The notes beneath the pieces are model-generated. The model did not search any database. It saw only the letters and a program-made list of their open reading frames with translations, and was not told the DNA's origin. 64,000 nt of DNA from Felis catus (lineage: Eukaryota), in assembly GCF_018350175.1 (NCBI RefSeq), contig NC_058369.1, positions 19,904,001 through 19,968,000 of the forward strand, written 5' to 3'. Below, one piece after another: positions 62,770 to 64,000 of the stretch; position 1 is the stretch's first letter; every line of letters starts with the position of its first letter. The position numbers were made by a program, and so were the translations under genes.

Positions 62770-64000
62770 TTTTTCAATATGAAATTTATTGTCAAATTGA
62801 TTTCCATACAACACCCAGTGCTCATCCCAACAGGTGCCATCCTCAATGCCCATCACCCACTTTCCCCTCCCTCCCACCCACCATCAACCCTCAGTTTGTT
62901 CTCAGTTTTTAAGAGTGTCTTATGGTTTGCTTCATTCCCTCTGTGTAACTTTTTATTTACCCCTTCCCCTTCCCTCTGGTCTTCTGTTAAGTTTCTCGGG
63001 ACCTACATAAGAGTGAAAAAATAAGGTATCTGTCCTTCTCTGCATCACTTATTTCACTTAGCATCACACTCTCCAGTTCCATCCACGTTGCAACAAAAGG
63101 CCATATTTCATTCTTTCCCACTGCCGCATAGTATTCCATTGTGTACATAAACCACAATTTCTTTACCCATTCATCAGTTGATGGACATTTAGGCTCTTTC
63201 TGTAATTTGGCTGTTGTTGAAACTACTGCTATAAACATTGGGGTACAAGTGCCCCTATGCATCAGCACTCCTGTATCTCTTGGGTAAATTCCTAGAAGTG
63301 CTATTTCTGGGTCATAGGGTAGGTCTATTTTTAATTTTTTGAGGAACCTCCACACTGTTTTCCAGAGTGGCTGCACCAGTTTGCATTCCCACCAACAGTG
63401 CAAGAGGGTTCCCATTTCTCCACATCCTCGCCAGCCTCTATAGTCTCCCAATTTGTTCATTTTAGCCACTCTGACTGGTGTGAGGTGATATCTCAGTGTA
63501 GTTTTGATCTGTATTGCCCTGATGAGGAGCGATGTTGAGCATCTTTTTATGTGCCTGTTGGCCATATGGATGTCTTCTTTAGAGAAGTGTCTATTCATGT
63601 TTTCTGCCCATTTCTTCACTGGATTACTTGCTTTTCGGGTGTGGAGTTTGGTGAGCTCTTTGTAGATTTTGGATACTAGCCCTTTGTCCGATATGTCATT
63701 TGCAAATACCTTTTCCCATTGTGTTGGTTACCTTTTAGTTATGTTGATTGTTTCCTTTGCTGTGCAGAAGCTTTTGTCTTCATGAGGTCCTAATAGTTCA
63801 TTTTTGCTTTTAATTCCCTTGCCTTTTTGGATGTGACAAGTAAGAAATTGCTGTGGCTGAGGCAGAGTGGTCTTTTCCTGTTTTCTCCTCTAGGGTTTTG
63901 ATGGTTTCCTGTCTCACATTCAGGTCCTTCATCCATTTTGAGTTTATTTTTGTGAATGGTGTGAGAAAGTGGTCTAGTTTCAACCTTCTGCATGTTGCTG
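62770..64000 (-). mobile_element. Young felid L1 3' portion, continuing past the window edge
   Basis: ORF2 C-terminus at 62987-63619 and 63790-63993. Felid L1 3' end at about 62778. Confidence 0.93.

Overview
This is eukaryotic DNA, almost certainly from a cat (Felidae), judged from near-consensus SINEC_Fc-type Can-SINEs and felid-type LINE-1. The window is overwhelmingly retrotransposon-derived, and I find no supportable host protein-coding gene. It contains two full-length young L1s in convergent orientation. The first (10480-16340, +) is decayed. The second (19497-25428, -) has an intact ORF1 and an ORF2 broken by a single 2-bp deletion. There is also a third, older near-full-length L1 (about 56620-62720, -), many truncated, inverted and nested L1s, about 20 Can-SINEs, three MaLR/ERVL solo LTRs, a Tigger-type DNA transposon, and L2/MIR relics. 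Most ORFs in the track are L1 or SINE fragments or their antisense shadows. I see no new gene system. The most unusual signal is an apparently 100% identical 890-bp inverted tract (53636-54525 / 57868-58757) shared by two otherwise diverged L1 copies, including shared inactivating mutations. This points to gene conversion, or else an assembly collapse. Other notable signals are an L1 whose 5' truncation point mirrors its antisense target site, several twin-priming inversions and short tail transductions. Repeat subfamily names come from recalled consensus features, not a database search. Boundaries not fixed by a TSD are approximate.
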